Shown here: piece by piece, positions 39,671-51,109 of the stretch
Layout of the letters: every line of letters begins with the position of its first letter
Numbering within the stretch: the stretch's first letter is position 1
Origin: Camelus ferus
Taxonomy: Eukaryota
Length of the DNA: 64,000 nt
NCBI RefSeq assembly: GCF_009834535.1
Contig: NC_045697.1
Span: 69,194,001-69,258,000, forward strand
Direction: 5' to 3'
Program-made: the position numbers and the translations under genes
Notes under the pieces: generated by a model
What the model was told of the DNA's origin: nothing
Seen by the model: only the letters and a program-made list of their open reading frames with translations
The model's database searches: none

Positions 39671-39759
39671 CTTCACAAGGGAAGAGGAGAGCACAGTGTC
39701 ACCAAGCAAGTTCAAAAGCTCCTCCAATGCGCTAAGTGACAAGAGGAGATTCCACTTAC

Positions 39760-39807
39760 TGGTTTTTGCCTGGCATCATAGCCACACTGAGTGTTGATGA
39801 CATCTTC
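39760..39807 (-). CDS. TSPAN5: TSPAN5 exon 6
   Basis: cag|GAA...CCA|gtaagt, 48 nt. Translates EDVINTQCGYDARQKP. Confidence 0.95.
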
Positions 39808-41853
39808 CTGGGGGAGAAAGGAAACAGAAAAGTGAAATCCAGTCCTGCTCGACAGGAAGCCCACCTAGGAATTAGCAGAAGATCCCTGTCAAATGTTGGT
39901 AATAGAATGTATATTTGGGCACACAGGTGTCCCGGACACCTCATTAAATGCTTTTATATATAATCCCATGTAATTATTATGACGATTCTCAGAAAGTATT
40001 AAACAGTCCTTTTCCAAATGAGGAAAACTGAAACTCAGGAAACATCAGAAAGTCTAGCAATTCCATTATGCAGAAGGTTCCAGATTCAAAGCTGACACCT
40101 CAAGAAGCTTATGGATTGAGGGAACTGGAGACAAACAAAAACCATCGTTAAAGGGTTTTTGTTTTTTTATAATGACTGTCTTCATTTATGCTCTTTTGGG
40201 GGGGGGCTTCTACTTTTGAATCTATATACTTGTGTATTATTTAAATGGTTTTTCAACAAGAATGTATTACTTTAATAATTAAAGCAATACCCTGACCACA
40301 TCACAGGTGGACAGATGCCCTGACATCTCACAGGCCTGATCAGAAACATGGGCTCCGCTGTTTTAGGTTTGTCTGTGTTTCCCCTCTGCAGGGTACAGGG
40401 TAGATTTTATTAGCTTAGCATTTATGGAATGAGGTATCTCTACCCAGAGGATCTGTACTTGAAAGGGGGGCATAATGCTTTCTGAGAATCTTCAGAATTC
40501 TTCCGATGGAACGTTCACTCAGGGCAGGGGCTGGAGACTGAGAGAGCCCAGCTTGTACTTGCTGCCTGGGCTCTGTGCCAGGCACTCTCTTGCCTTCAGT
40601 CCCCTCAGAGAAAAGGGAGAAATGAGCCAGTGGGAAAGGCTGGCTTTCCCGGGGAGGTCTCAGCAGGGCTGCGTGGTCCTCTGATTCTCAGTCTCCCTCA
40701 GACCAGGAGTAACATCCCCGGCTGACCCCTGAGGGGCGGCCTGCAGCAAGTTCGGCTTTTCCAACTGAGAGCACGGTCTACCCCTCCTTTTTTTTCACTT
40801 TTAAAAATTGACATGTAGTTAATTTACAATATTATATTAGTTTCAGGGGCCCAGCATTGTGATTCATTATTTTTACAGAGTAACTATGGCCGCTTGTAAA
40901 GGGCCCCGCACCCCCGCCCTTTCAGGGGAAACAGGCCACTGGACTCCGCAGCGCCCACTGGGCTCTACTCCTCCTCGGGAAGGGCTGGTCTGGGGAGGGC
41001 TGCTGGGGACTAACTGGCCAGAGAGAGGCTGGAGGGTGCCGAAGGGCCAAGTGCAAGGATGCCTTTTCTACCACATGGATTGTTCTAACACTCAATTCTG
41101 GCTTTTAAATTTACAGCAGGAGAGCTGCATTTTAAGCCATTCTGTATGCCAGGCACATGATTTGACTCAAAATACAATCAAACCTGGGGCAAAAATAGTG
41201 GCCTACGAACAGGCTTTATATATACATATATACACACGCATACACACACATATATATACACACATATGTATGTATATGTATGAAATAAAATACAAACTGC
41301 CATTCCTGTAGTCATCACGACCGAGTAGACACCTGCAGTCTTCCTACCAGGAGTCCAGCCCTAGCTGGTCTCACGCTCTTCTCCTGCTCCTAACACTCCC
41401 CGAGCATGAAGGCAGGAAGAAAAGCGTGACTAACCCCAGACACTGCAGAGCACGCTCATACGAGCCCGTCCTTCTCACAAAGAAGGAATAACAGGCAGTG
41501 CCGGCAGCTGCCTGGGTCCAAAGCTCAGCTCCATCACTCACAAGCAGTGGGAGCTGGGGAGAATTACTTAAACTCCACGGGCCTTGGTTTCACCTGAAAA
41601 GGGAAGACAGTGGCGGTACCTGCCAGTCGGAGTGCTCCCAACTTAAATGTGCCAACACACAAAAGGCTTAGAACAGGAAGCAGTGCCCGCACGGCTAAGT
41701 CAACGTTGGTGATTAGGACTCCTCCAGAAGGTCTGGGCGCTGACCCACACCCGCCCCTCCAGCAGGAGCTACCGTCAGGACTAAGAAGAGGTTTCCACAG
41801 CCCGCTCTGCTCTGGCCCACGCGCTCTGGGCGCGGGCGCGGGTGGGGACTTAC

Positions 41854-41979
41854 GGCGGGGTCTTTAGTACAGCAGGAGAAGGGCACGCCGCATCGCTCTC
41901 GACTTGCATTGGAATCTGTGCAATTGAAGTAAATATTTAGGTTCCAATCATCAGCTCCAAAAGCCCCACAGCACTGCCA
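41854..41979 (-). CDS. TSPAN5: TSPAN5 exon 5 (CCG motif)
   Basis: tag|TGG...GCC|gtaagt, 126 nt. Translates WQCCGAFGADDWNLNIYFNCTDSNASRERCGVPFSCCTKDPA, with the tetraspanin CCG and PxSCC motifs. Missed by the ORF track. Confidence 0.97.
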
Positions 41980-44317
41980 CTAGAGCAAACAGGAGAGAGT
42001 TAGAACACCCCGGCGGCGAGGCGACCAGGCACCTACACTCACACCCGCCAGAACGACCCACACCCAGCTGCTGCCAGCTCTTGCCTTCTCTTCTGGCTCA
42101 GAATCTATCTGTAAACCAAACTGAACCTAAGGGGCCCCTGTAAAAGCCTCCAAGGTAAGGCTGGAGAATTGGAAGGATGTATCTGCATGAGACTTGAGCC
42201 ACTGACGAGGCCCATGGTGTCCGGGGAGGGTGGGCAGACCGGGAGCCGTACAGCAGGGCTCAGTTTGAACAAGACCTGCTCGGCTCGAGTACACGTGGAA
42301 TATTCTAGAAGGAGTAACAAGACACCAAACAGTGGTAGTGTCTGACAGAGGCAGGTTGGGACTATGGGCGGGACATCCAGAGGCTTACTTTTTAAATTTT
42401 GATCTCTACACCTTAATGATTTTTTTTAAAAAAAATCCATTTTATTGAGGTCTGACTGACATACAATAAACTGTACATATTTAAAGTGTGCCATTTTATA
42501 AGTTTTGACATATTTATATGTGGTAAAACCATCACTGCAATCAAAAGATACTGAAGATACCCATCACCCCAAGTTTTAGAGCCTTACTTTTTGCATTATA
42601 AATCCGTTTCATTATATGTTTCTACTCTGAATTTTTTAAAGCAAGAGCATGTATGTGTATTTTCAACTGAAAAAATTCAATCATCTAATTAAAACGTAAT
42701 AAAACAAGCTGTTCAGTTCAGTGAGTCTTCAGCGAGGCCTGATTCAAAAGGGGTCCCGTAATAAGCCCCTCTGACACCCCCCATGCTGGACCAGCTCGAC
42801 TTCTGCGAGTTAATACACATTAAGCCTTGACCATTTTAAGAGTTTCAGGACCAACAGCTACTTCAAAATATTAAAAGTCCATGACAGAAAAGTGAAATCA
42901 CATGAAATAACAGAATTTCCATAGGAAGCAGACAGCATCTCAAGAGAATGTGTATCTGCATGCTCTTCCAACTCGCTGGGTCCTCCTCGGGCTTGGGTTG
43001 TGCACCTCCAGTTTGCCTACAAAGCTCCATCAGACTTGCCACGCCAACTAGTCAGCAATAATACTTGGCAAGAGGTGAGCCTGCATCCATTATGACCTAA
43101 CAAAACAGTCAAGTCTGCTGAGGAGACGAAACAGGGCTTAATTTCACACCTGAGGGACAGCAGGCTCCAGGACAGTCACGCTGTCACCGAACAAAACCAA
43201 CACAACTCAGCTCACTTCTGCATGCCTGGTGAGGGCAGAGGTGGGGGGAGCTCCCTCAGGGTGAATGTCGAGGCAGCCCTCTCCTCCCTTCACCAAAGGA
43301 CCTCAGCTCACTCTGGAAGGCTGTCCAACCAAGAGACAGACCCTGGTCCGCTGGGTTTCTGTCAGCCCTCCGGTGCTGCCATATACACGAATGTCACGGA
43401 CGTCACTGTCCAGGTCTGCTCACCGTACCCAGCTTTTCAGTGCGTGCAATATAGGCCTGACCGCTTGTAGGACAGTAACACCTGAAGCCTAATACAATCA
43501 CGCACAGCTCATCAGCGCGTCAACATCCCCATGAGTTAAACAGCAGCTTCTAGGGTTTCCATTTTACTCCTGCGGAAATAGCTCGAGGTCCTGTTAACCC
43601 GAGGTCACTTGGCTAAGCAGATTTTGGCACTAGTTCTGTGTCTTCTGACCCCTTGTTTATACCACTGTGCATTTTGAGCAGAACAGGGCAGCTGCTACTT
43701 CGTTTGTGTAGCAGAGGCCGTCACATAGCAATGTCCAGAAACCTCAATGGGAGTGGTGCTGCTCCACAGATTCTTCACTTGTGAGAAGCCACCAGGCTTA
43801 GAAGTGTCTCGCTTTTCAGTTTTAACTGCAGGTGCTGTTAAAAATACCTGGAGGGGCATAACTTTAGGAACTTTGTGGATAAACATTCTATTGATAAGTA
43901 CAGTATTATGAGCTTTATGAAGTATACAGGATAACCAAAAAAGGGGCAAAGAATATAGGAAAGAATCCAAACTTAACACCAAATAAAATGGTAAACCTAT
44001 GGCAAAACATCCTTCAATGTCAACAGGAATGGGCAGCTTTGATGATAACCTAAACGTTTGTCAAGAGTTTTCTTCTTGGTTCCTCTTAGTAGAAACTGAG
44101 ATAAGTGAAAATAACACATTTCCAATTAGGGTACAGATCGTGTTACGTCATAAAACAAGTCAGAAAATAATAAACACACAAGCAAACAAACAAAAAACCA
44201 CGTGGAGAAGTGAGAGGTAGGTTCCAGCTGGCAGACACAGAAGCCAGGAGGAGTGTTCATTGGGGTCATCCTTCTGAGAAGGCTTTCAACTTGAAAATAA
44301 ACCAAATTCAAACTTAC

Positions 44318-44488
44318 ATATTCCTGGGTGAAGTCTATGAGGTTTTGCAAATCAATGTCATCCCTGTACGCTCTGATGTTGTTGTTTATAAAGAAATACA
44401 GCTGGTCTTTGATCCAGTCTTTGAAAACAAATGCCAGAACCCCGGCAGTGAGCTCCAGGAAGAAAATAATTCCCAGGAACACAGAAAA
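44318..44488 (-). CDS. TSPAN5: TSPAN5 exon 4 (TM3, start of large extracellular loop)
   Basis: tag|TTT...TAT|gtaagt, 171 nt. Translates FSVFLGIIFFLELTAGVLAFVFKDWIKDQLYFFINNNIRAYRDDIDLQNLIDFTQEY. Confidence 0.97.
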
Positions 44489-46105
44489 CTAAGACAAAAG
44501 AACACACACAAGAGAACAGTTATGAGGACTAGTTTGATCATACATAGATAGTTAAATGGTTCTTTCTAAAAAGGTTTGTAATCACACTGGGCTGTTACAC
44601 ATGTCCAAAGCAAATAACCATCAATTTCTTAAGAGTCACTGATACAATATCACACTCCAATAAATGATTTTTAAAAATCACTTCATAATCACTTTTTAGG
44701 GGCTCTGGTGTTTCACTTGGTAATTAACCAACAAAGCCCATAAGCAAACACGGGTAATAGGAATTTCTCATTAGACCCACATTAAGGCTTAATGAATTTC
44801 TCCTGATTAATGCACTTCTCAGATGCTTGAACAATGACCTGCCCCTACCTCCAATAAGCTTTTGTAATGCTGAAAGATAAACTATCCCAATATTTTAAGA
44901 TCGCCTGTCATTTGTTACTGTGGCCTTGATTCTGTGTGCAATATATTCCTTTCCTGGATTCAGACACTGTTTTAATTCCCCTTTGCCCCTGCTATACAGG
45001 GTACAACAGCAGATGTGTTCATCTGAGATGAAGGGGTCAAAGAGGAGGGGGGTGGGGCGGGTAGCTGTGACATGAAAATAATTTCCCATCATGAAAACAA
45101 AATGAAACCACTGGGTTGAGGGCTTTTCTCGGGAATGTGAGCTGTGCCAGCCTTCCTTTGTGAAGCACCAGGCTCGGAAATATTTCAAACAACATCAACA
45201 CACAGTCAGAGGAAGACTCCTGGCTGATGGAGACAACAAGCATTTAAAAGGAAGGAAGGACGGAAGCTAAAGGCCATGGGTTATGTATGGCTGCCATCAG
45301 TCTGGAGAAATGTCCCTTTCACCCACAAGAAGTGCCCCATCTTAGTCACATCGACATCCCACTCACACCCATGGTTCTTTCCACTTCCTCCCACCCCCAC
45401 ATTCTCACCCTTTTCAAACTTTTTTGCTCACACAGATTATGAGAAATGAGGCTGTGAAGGACCAGAGGGTAAAAAGTGCAAGCAAATTTCTGGCGACAAG
45501 GGCAGAAAAGATGACACTGGGCCCCCTGCTCAGCCGAGCTCCTACAGGCTGCTGCCCAGCGAGTGGCTGAAGAGGCAGTGGGGCTAGTACCGCCTGCTGT
45601 TTCCACATCCAGCCGGAGACATCAAGCAGCCAAACGAGAGACAAATACATAGGCCAGGGGTGCTAAGGAAAGTACAGTTACTTGTGAGAATTAAAAGACA
45701 AAAAACGTTTATTCATTCAGCAAATATTTACTGAATAGCTCACAACAGATCAGGCCCTGGCCTAGCTGGGCTTTGCAGAAGCGAGGATAAGTAAGACCAC
45801 AGCTCTGCCTCCAAAGAGCTCAGTCTTTCGTGACTGAGGGATGGGGTAGGACATGAGGGTTGGGCGAGGCTGTTTCACACTAGATGTCAGTGTATCTGAC
45901 AGTGTTTCTCCAGGGTGCCAAGTGCCACTCTGGGAGGATGGGCCTGAGGGGAGGGGTGGAAGGAAGAAATAAGTGCCTGGCAAAGTCTAGGACCCCAAGG
46001 CTTACATCCAAGTTCTAGACCCTCCAGCTCAGCCCCTCAGGTTGCAAAGAGCTCCTGGTTATCTGTCCATGATGAGTTCACTAGAAACAGAATCTAAAAC
46101 AGTTC

Positions 46106-46191
46106 TTTTTTTCTTTTTTTAATGGAGGTACTGGGCATTGAATCCAGGACCTCATGCATGCTAAGCACTCTACCACTGAGCTATACACCAC
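46106..46191 (-). mobile_element. tRNA-derived SINE (Vic-1-like)
   Basis: Reverse complement reads gtatagctcagtggtagagtgcttagcatgcatgaggtcctggattcaatgcccagtacctccatt plus A-tail. Imperfect flanking repeat ctaaa(ac/t)agttct. Confidence 0.85.
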
Positions 46192-46425
46192 CTAAATAGT
46201 TCTCAATTATCATCAGTAGTACCAACAATTTCAAAGTTAGCTTTCCTCAATCCAGAAAAAAAGATAGAGAAAAAATCCTATCACTTCACGCAATGCCTAC
46301 CCCACAGCATGAAACAACTCCCCGCTTTATCAGGTGCCACTCCTAAGTGTCTCATACCATGAAGCCTGGCAGGTCACAATCAGAGGCAAAGCTCTCCTGG
46401 GAGCTCCACAGGTGAAGAATGAAGT

Positions 46426-46427
<2 letters not shown>

Positions 46428-46500
<73 letters not shown>
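46428..46500. repeat. (GT)n microsatellite, about 36 units
   Basis: Perfect dinucleotide run, read directly. Confidence 0.99.
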
Positions 46501-46501
<1 letters not shown>

Positions 46502-47756
46502 CACCTACGTATAAAGAACAGAGAACCAACTGCTCCTTAAATGGCACGCAGGACCAAGCATCCCTTGGGTTTCCCATTAGCATGGGTCATATGAACTTCT
46601 GGGTTAAACAGCCTCCAGAACTTTGTCTGAGGCAGAGCCACCTCAATTCAAAAGCAGAGAGCCTGGGGGACAGTGAGTGGGCAGTGAGTCTGCTCTTCTT
46701 AGGGCACTTCAAGAAAAGATGCCAGGGGAGATGCGGCAGACATGCTGGGGAAGAGAATCACGTGCTGCCCGGCTGTGGGGACTAGTTCTGGGAGATGCTC
46801 TTGTTTCAAATGAAAATGTCCCCAGGTGATGATGAGTCAACAAGGGTTGAGAATCATCCTAGGAAAAGGTAATATTACACTAATCCTCTTCTTAGAAGTC
46901 CTACCATCTCACCACAGGAGGGCGGGGTTTTTTCAAATCATTTTTCTGTTCTTGGAGAGAGAGTGGATGCTGTCGTACAGAGGGCTGTGAGACAGACGCC
47001 CACCAAGCTCCAGACAGACAGGCACACTCGGCTGACCACCGGCTACACCTACCACACGGATTTCTCACACATGCACACAAACACACACACGTGCACATGT
47101 GCGTAAGCACTTGCTTTTACTTTTCATTCTCGACCTAATCCTTATCTACCCCCTGGTACAACTCCTCTTCCAAAAATACTCATGCTAAAAGTGATCACAC
47201 CAAAATATTCTGCGAGGGACCTAAAAACTACACTGGTCATACAAAGGAGGACTTTGCACTGGCAGAGAGCACAGGGGATGTGCAGGGACTGTTTCTCTAT
47301 ATTCGCCAAAACCTACTGCTTAATAGACTTGAGACAGACATGCCACAACCACTGTGCTTATGTCTGGTTTCTCTAAACCAACTACCTGAACAGCTTTCTA
47401 CTGACTATGTGCTTAAAAGAAGGGGCACACATCACTCAAAAGAAGAAAGCTATATACATATATAGACCCACCTTAGTCCTAAAGGTATTTTAGGGATGGA
47501 ATGCAAACGTGTGATATCCATGTACAGAACCTCCATGGACAGCTCGGGGTGGGGGTGGCACTTGTATTATTAAGGAGACGGGGGTGGGGGTGGAGGTGGG
47601 GTGGAACCTAAACAGCCCTCCTAAAGGAAGAGCATCACCCCGGCCGCATTCCTGCTGGTGCCTTTGGTACTGCTCACTCCTGCCTGTAGACAGGGTGCCC
47701 TCCTGACGTGAGCTGAGAGTTTGGCTCTCAACCTGAGAGCAGAGTGTGGTACTTAC

Positions 47757-47903
47757 AAACTTGAGAAGGAAGGTGTTTTCCCGTAGAGCTCCAATGCACC
47801 CTGCAAATCCCAGAATGAACATCACTCCTCCCACCACAAGGAAGAGCCAAACCGGGTCAAAGCCGCCGAGATCGGTGATGGAAGAGATGTTGGACAGAAC
47901 TCC
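47757..47903 (-). CDS. TSPAN5: TSPAN5 exon 3 (small loop, TM2)
   Basis: cag|GGA...TTT|gtaagt, 147 nt. Translates [49 protein letters not shown]. Confidence 0.97.
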
Positions 47904-50900
47904 CTGGGCGCGGAAAAGAACACACAACAGGGTGCCAGGAGGCAGGGTCAGTTTTCCAACAAGAAAAGATGATCACCCTTGTCTTTCCCTGCCCCGCCCT
48001 AAGAAAAACTTCAGAGGTAATCACATCGTATGTGTGATTAATACTCAAGAGACACTGCAAAATAAGTAAATAAATTAAAAATTTAAATAAAAATAAATAA
48101 AATTAAAATAAAGAAAGAAAAGAAAAGACAAGGGGAGGGGAGGGAAACTACCTTTTTTCCAAGGTCTAGATTGGTTCCTATTTTTGGTAAAACTATATAA
48201 AGCAAAGAAATGACCCCAAGAAACTGTCATCAGATCCTGTATGGAGCAGCCATGGATGTTACCTTTGCTTTCTGTGCCTCCAAACATAAGCGGTTTTGAG
48301 CAAAAAACAGATGTGTTAGAAAAACACCTCTCAACCCCCAACAGGGGTCATCCTTACATCCTCAGTGCAGGCAGATACCAGACCAGGGCCTGCTTTAAGC
48401 CCTTGGCATTTCTCAGGAAACAGAGGTAGAGCTGGAATCTTTAACGCCAATACAACAGCCAGTCCCAGCCACAGCCTCGAAAAGTTTTCCAGGGAAAAAC
48501 TCACGTCAGGTCCTCCCTTGAGCTTCGCGGGACACCCTATCAGGCTCAGATCCCCAAAGCCCACGTGGGTGGTTTGGGCTGATGGCTGCCCCACACTGAG
48601 TTATTAGGGTATTTCCTTACCACCTTTTTTCTAAGAACTGGGATTTAAATGACTTACAGATCGAAGGTTACTTCCTGGCTTACAATCCTTTTATTCTCCT
48701 GCCAAAAGAACCCAGAGTAATTTCATTTATCCACAAATAATGCCACTTCTTTACTGAAATCTTTTCTCCCTTAAGTGCGATACCATATCAAATATCACCC
48801 AGAACCTACGTTAGAAATTATAAGGTTTTTTTTTTTTTCTCTAAAATGGAAAGTATATATTTACCATTCATTCTTACAGAGGCCAGCTACTGTTATTTTA
48901 AAGCTGTGGATGTATGTGAGTCTTAGATACCCAGCATCATCAATATTTTATTTTCTTATTAAGTTTGAGCTCTCAAAATACCCTCTGAGTACCATAGTAT
49001 AGTTTGCTATAAGGTCTTAATATTAACAATTTTTTTCCAAAGCATTCTCAACAACCTGGAAGAATAAAAAGGACTTATCTGATTTTACACCTGAGAAAGA
49101 GAGGTTGGTGACTTCTGAAGGTCACACCGCTATTGATTTTTTGGAACCAGAAGAGAATGTCTACTTCAGTCATCTTCCTCTACCAAGTGGAAGCTAGGTG
49201 TTCGCTTCCCAGCACTTCCCAGTCGGCACTAACCGACACCCGAGTTTAGGAGTTTTATGCGTTAACCCATTTTAAGGCTGTAGGAACACTGAACAAGGCT
49301 ATCTTGTTTGTAACATTTTTGCTTCTTTGGGAGGCAGATCACCTTAAGAACAATCATAGGATATTAACAACAGAACACATATGAGGAATAAAGGACTCTT
49401 GAAATGTGCAACTTAAACCCTATGAAAAAGGCCAGGGTTTAAATAAAGTCACAGATGAAGGGTTGAGAGATTATTAAACACTTAGGAATGCAGGGTGTAC
49501 TCGCAAACGTCTAGGGTGAGAGTATACAGGCAACCACACCCTCCACGAGACTGCACAGACCAATGGTTTGACCCAACCTTGTGTTTCTTAGATTTCCAAG
49601 CTCTGAATTATGAATACTCTAGGGGGAAAAGAAAAACACAGAAATACTGTTACCAATTCTCCACCTATATAAAATGATGCTGTGGAAAGGAATATTGCCA
49701 GAGGAGTCAGACAAAATCTAAGCGACAGTGGTGAGGGTCCAGCATTGGGAGGAAATTAACCTCTCCCGTCAGAACGCCTTTGAACATTCGAGGTATTAAT
49801 ACTTAAAATCTCAATGTTTTGGACCCGCCCAGCCAGGAGAAGGGGTACATGATATTCTCAAACTTTAAAAAGTCAACCTAATTATGGGAGAAGTAGATTC
49901 AATTTACTTGGCCCCAAGAAGAGGCAGCAGAGGTCTAAGTGACAGAAGAGACATCAGCTCCATCCTCAGGAGGGCTTTCTAATACCAGCAGGGCTCAGAG
50001 GAGGCTCACAGAAGGAAACATGGGCTTCCCTCGTGGCAGCCGAGGCTGTGAGCCTCCATCAGCATTGCTCCAGGAGGGGTTCCCAAAGTGGATGGGAAAC
50101 TGGGACTCAGTGACCTTTAGGTTTCTTCCAACTTCAAGACCATTCTATGATTTCATCCATTTTTAATGGGCTTTTTGTTTGTGATTCACACTGAAGTCCG
50201 CGCAAAGATCAGATTGTTTCCAAACACTCTTCTGTGATCCCTGGCTGTACACAAAGAGCTCCATGGACAACAGGGACAGTTATCTGGGGAATTCAGCAAA
50301 ACAAGCAAACCAACAACACACCTGCGCCTGAAATACCGAGCACTCCCTCCCCAAAAGCAAAAAAAAAATCGCCTTTGATTGCCTGACCAGCCCAACTGTC
50401 AGTGGATTCCTGGATCACGGTCCTCTCTGGGCTTAATTTGGAGGGTGAGAATTTGGCTTCTCAGACAAACTCATTTTCATACTTTTAGTCTCCCCAGCCT
50501 GCAGGGGCAGTTTTAATTGAGAGGCCTTCAACGGTTTCCATGGAAACGACCATCATTTGGGGGCCGAGCTGGACTGCAGATTCTACTCATTTAATCCTAC
50601 ATTCAGCAAAAGATAGGGCTGGAGAGAGATACTGAGAGCCTGTAGTATTCTGCAGAGCATGGAAAAGACTACCAAGAACTTTATTTTTAATGGATTCCAA
50701 ATCTACACAGGTAGTTATCCATTGGAAACTAATTAGAATCTTCAAACACAAAATGTGGACGTCAATGCCCAATGCCCGCTTTTGTTTCCTTTTGGGTTAG
50801 GGTTACTTACCCAGGCGGAGACCAAAAAAAAAAAACCAAAACCTTACTCTTTGACCTGTGCAATGTTTCCAAATATTCACTGAAGAGCAGTCTTACTGTT

Positions 50901-50906
50901 TCTGAC

Positions 50907-50909
<3 letters not shown>

Positions 50910-50964
<55 letters not shown>

Positions 50965-51040
50965 GGAGGGAGAGGGAGAGAGAGGGAGAGAGAGGGAGAG
51001 AGGGAGAGAGGGAGAGAGAGGGAGAGAGGAGAGAGGGAGA

Positions 51041-51088
<48 letters not shown>

Positions 51089-51109
51089 CGAGAGAGAGAG
51101 AGAGAGAGA
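50910..51109. repeat. 200-bp (GA)n/GGGAGA polypurine tract
   Basis: All purine except one C, read directly. Confidence 0.99.

Noticed and set aside
46380..46785. ORFs with CV or HT repeats
   Set aside because: Translations of the GT microsatellite.
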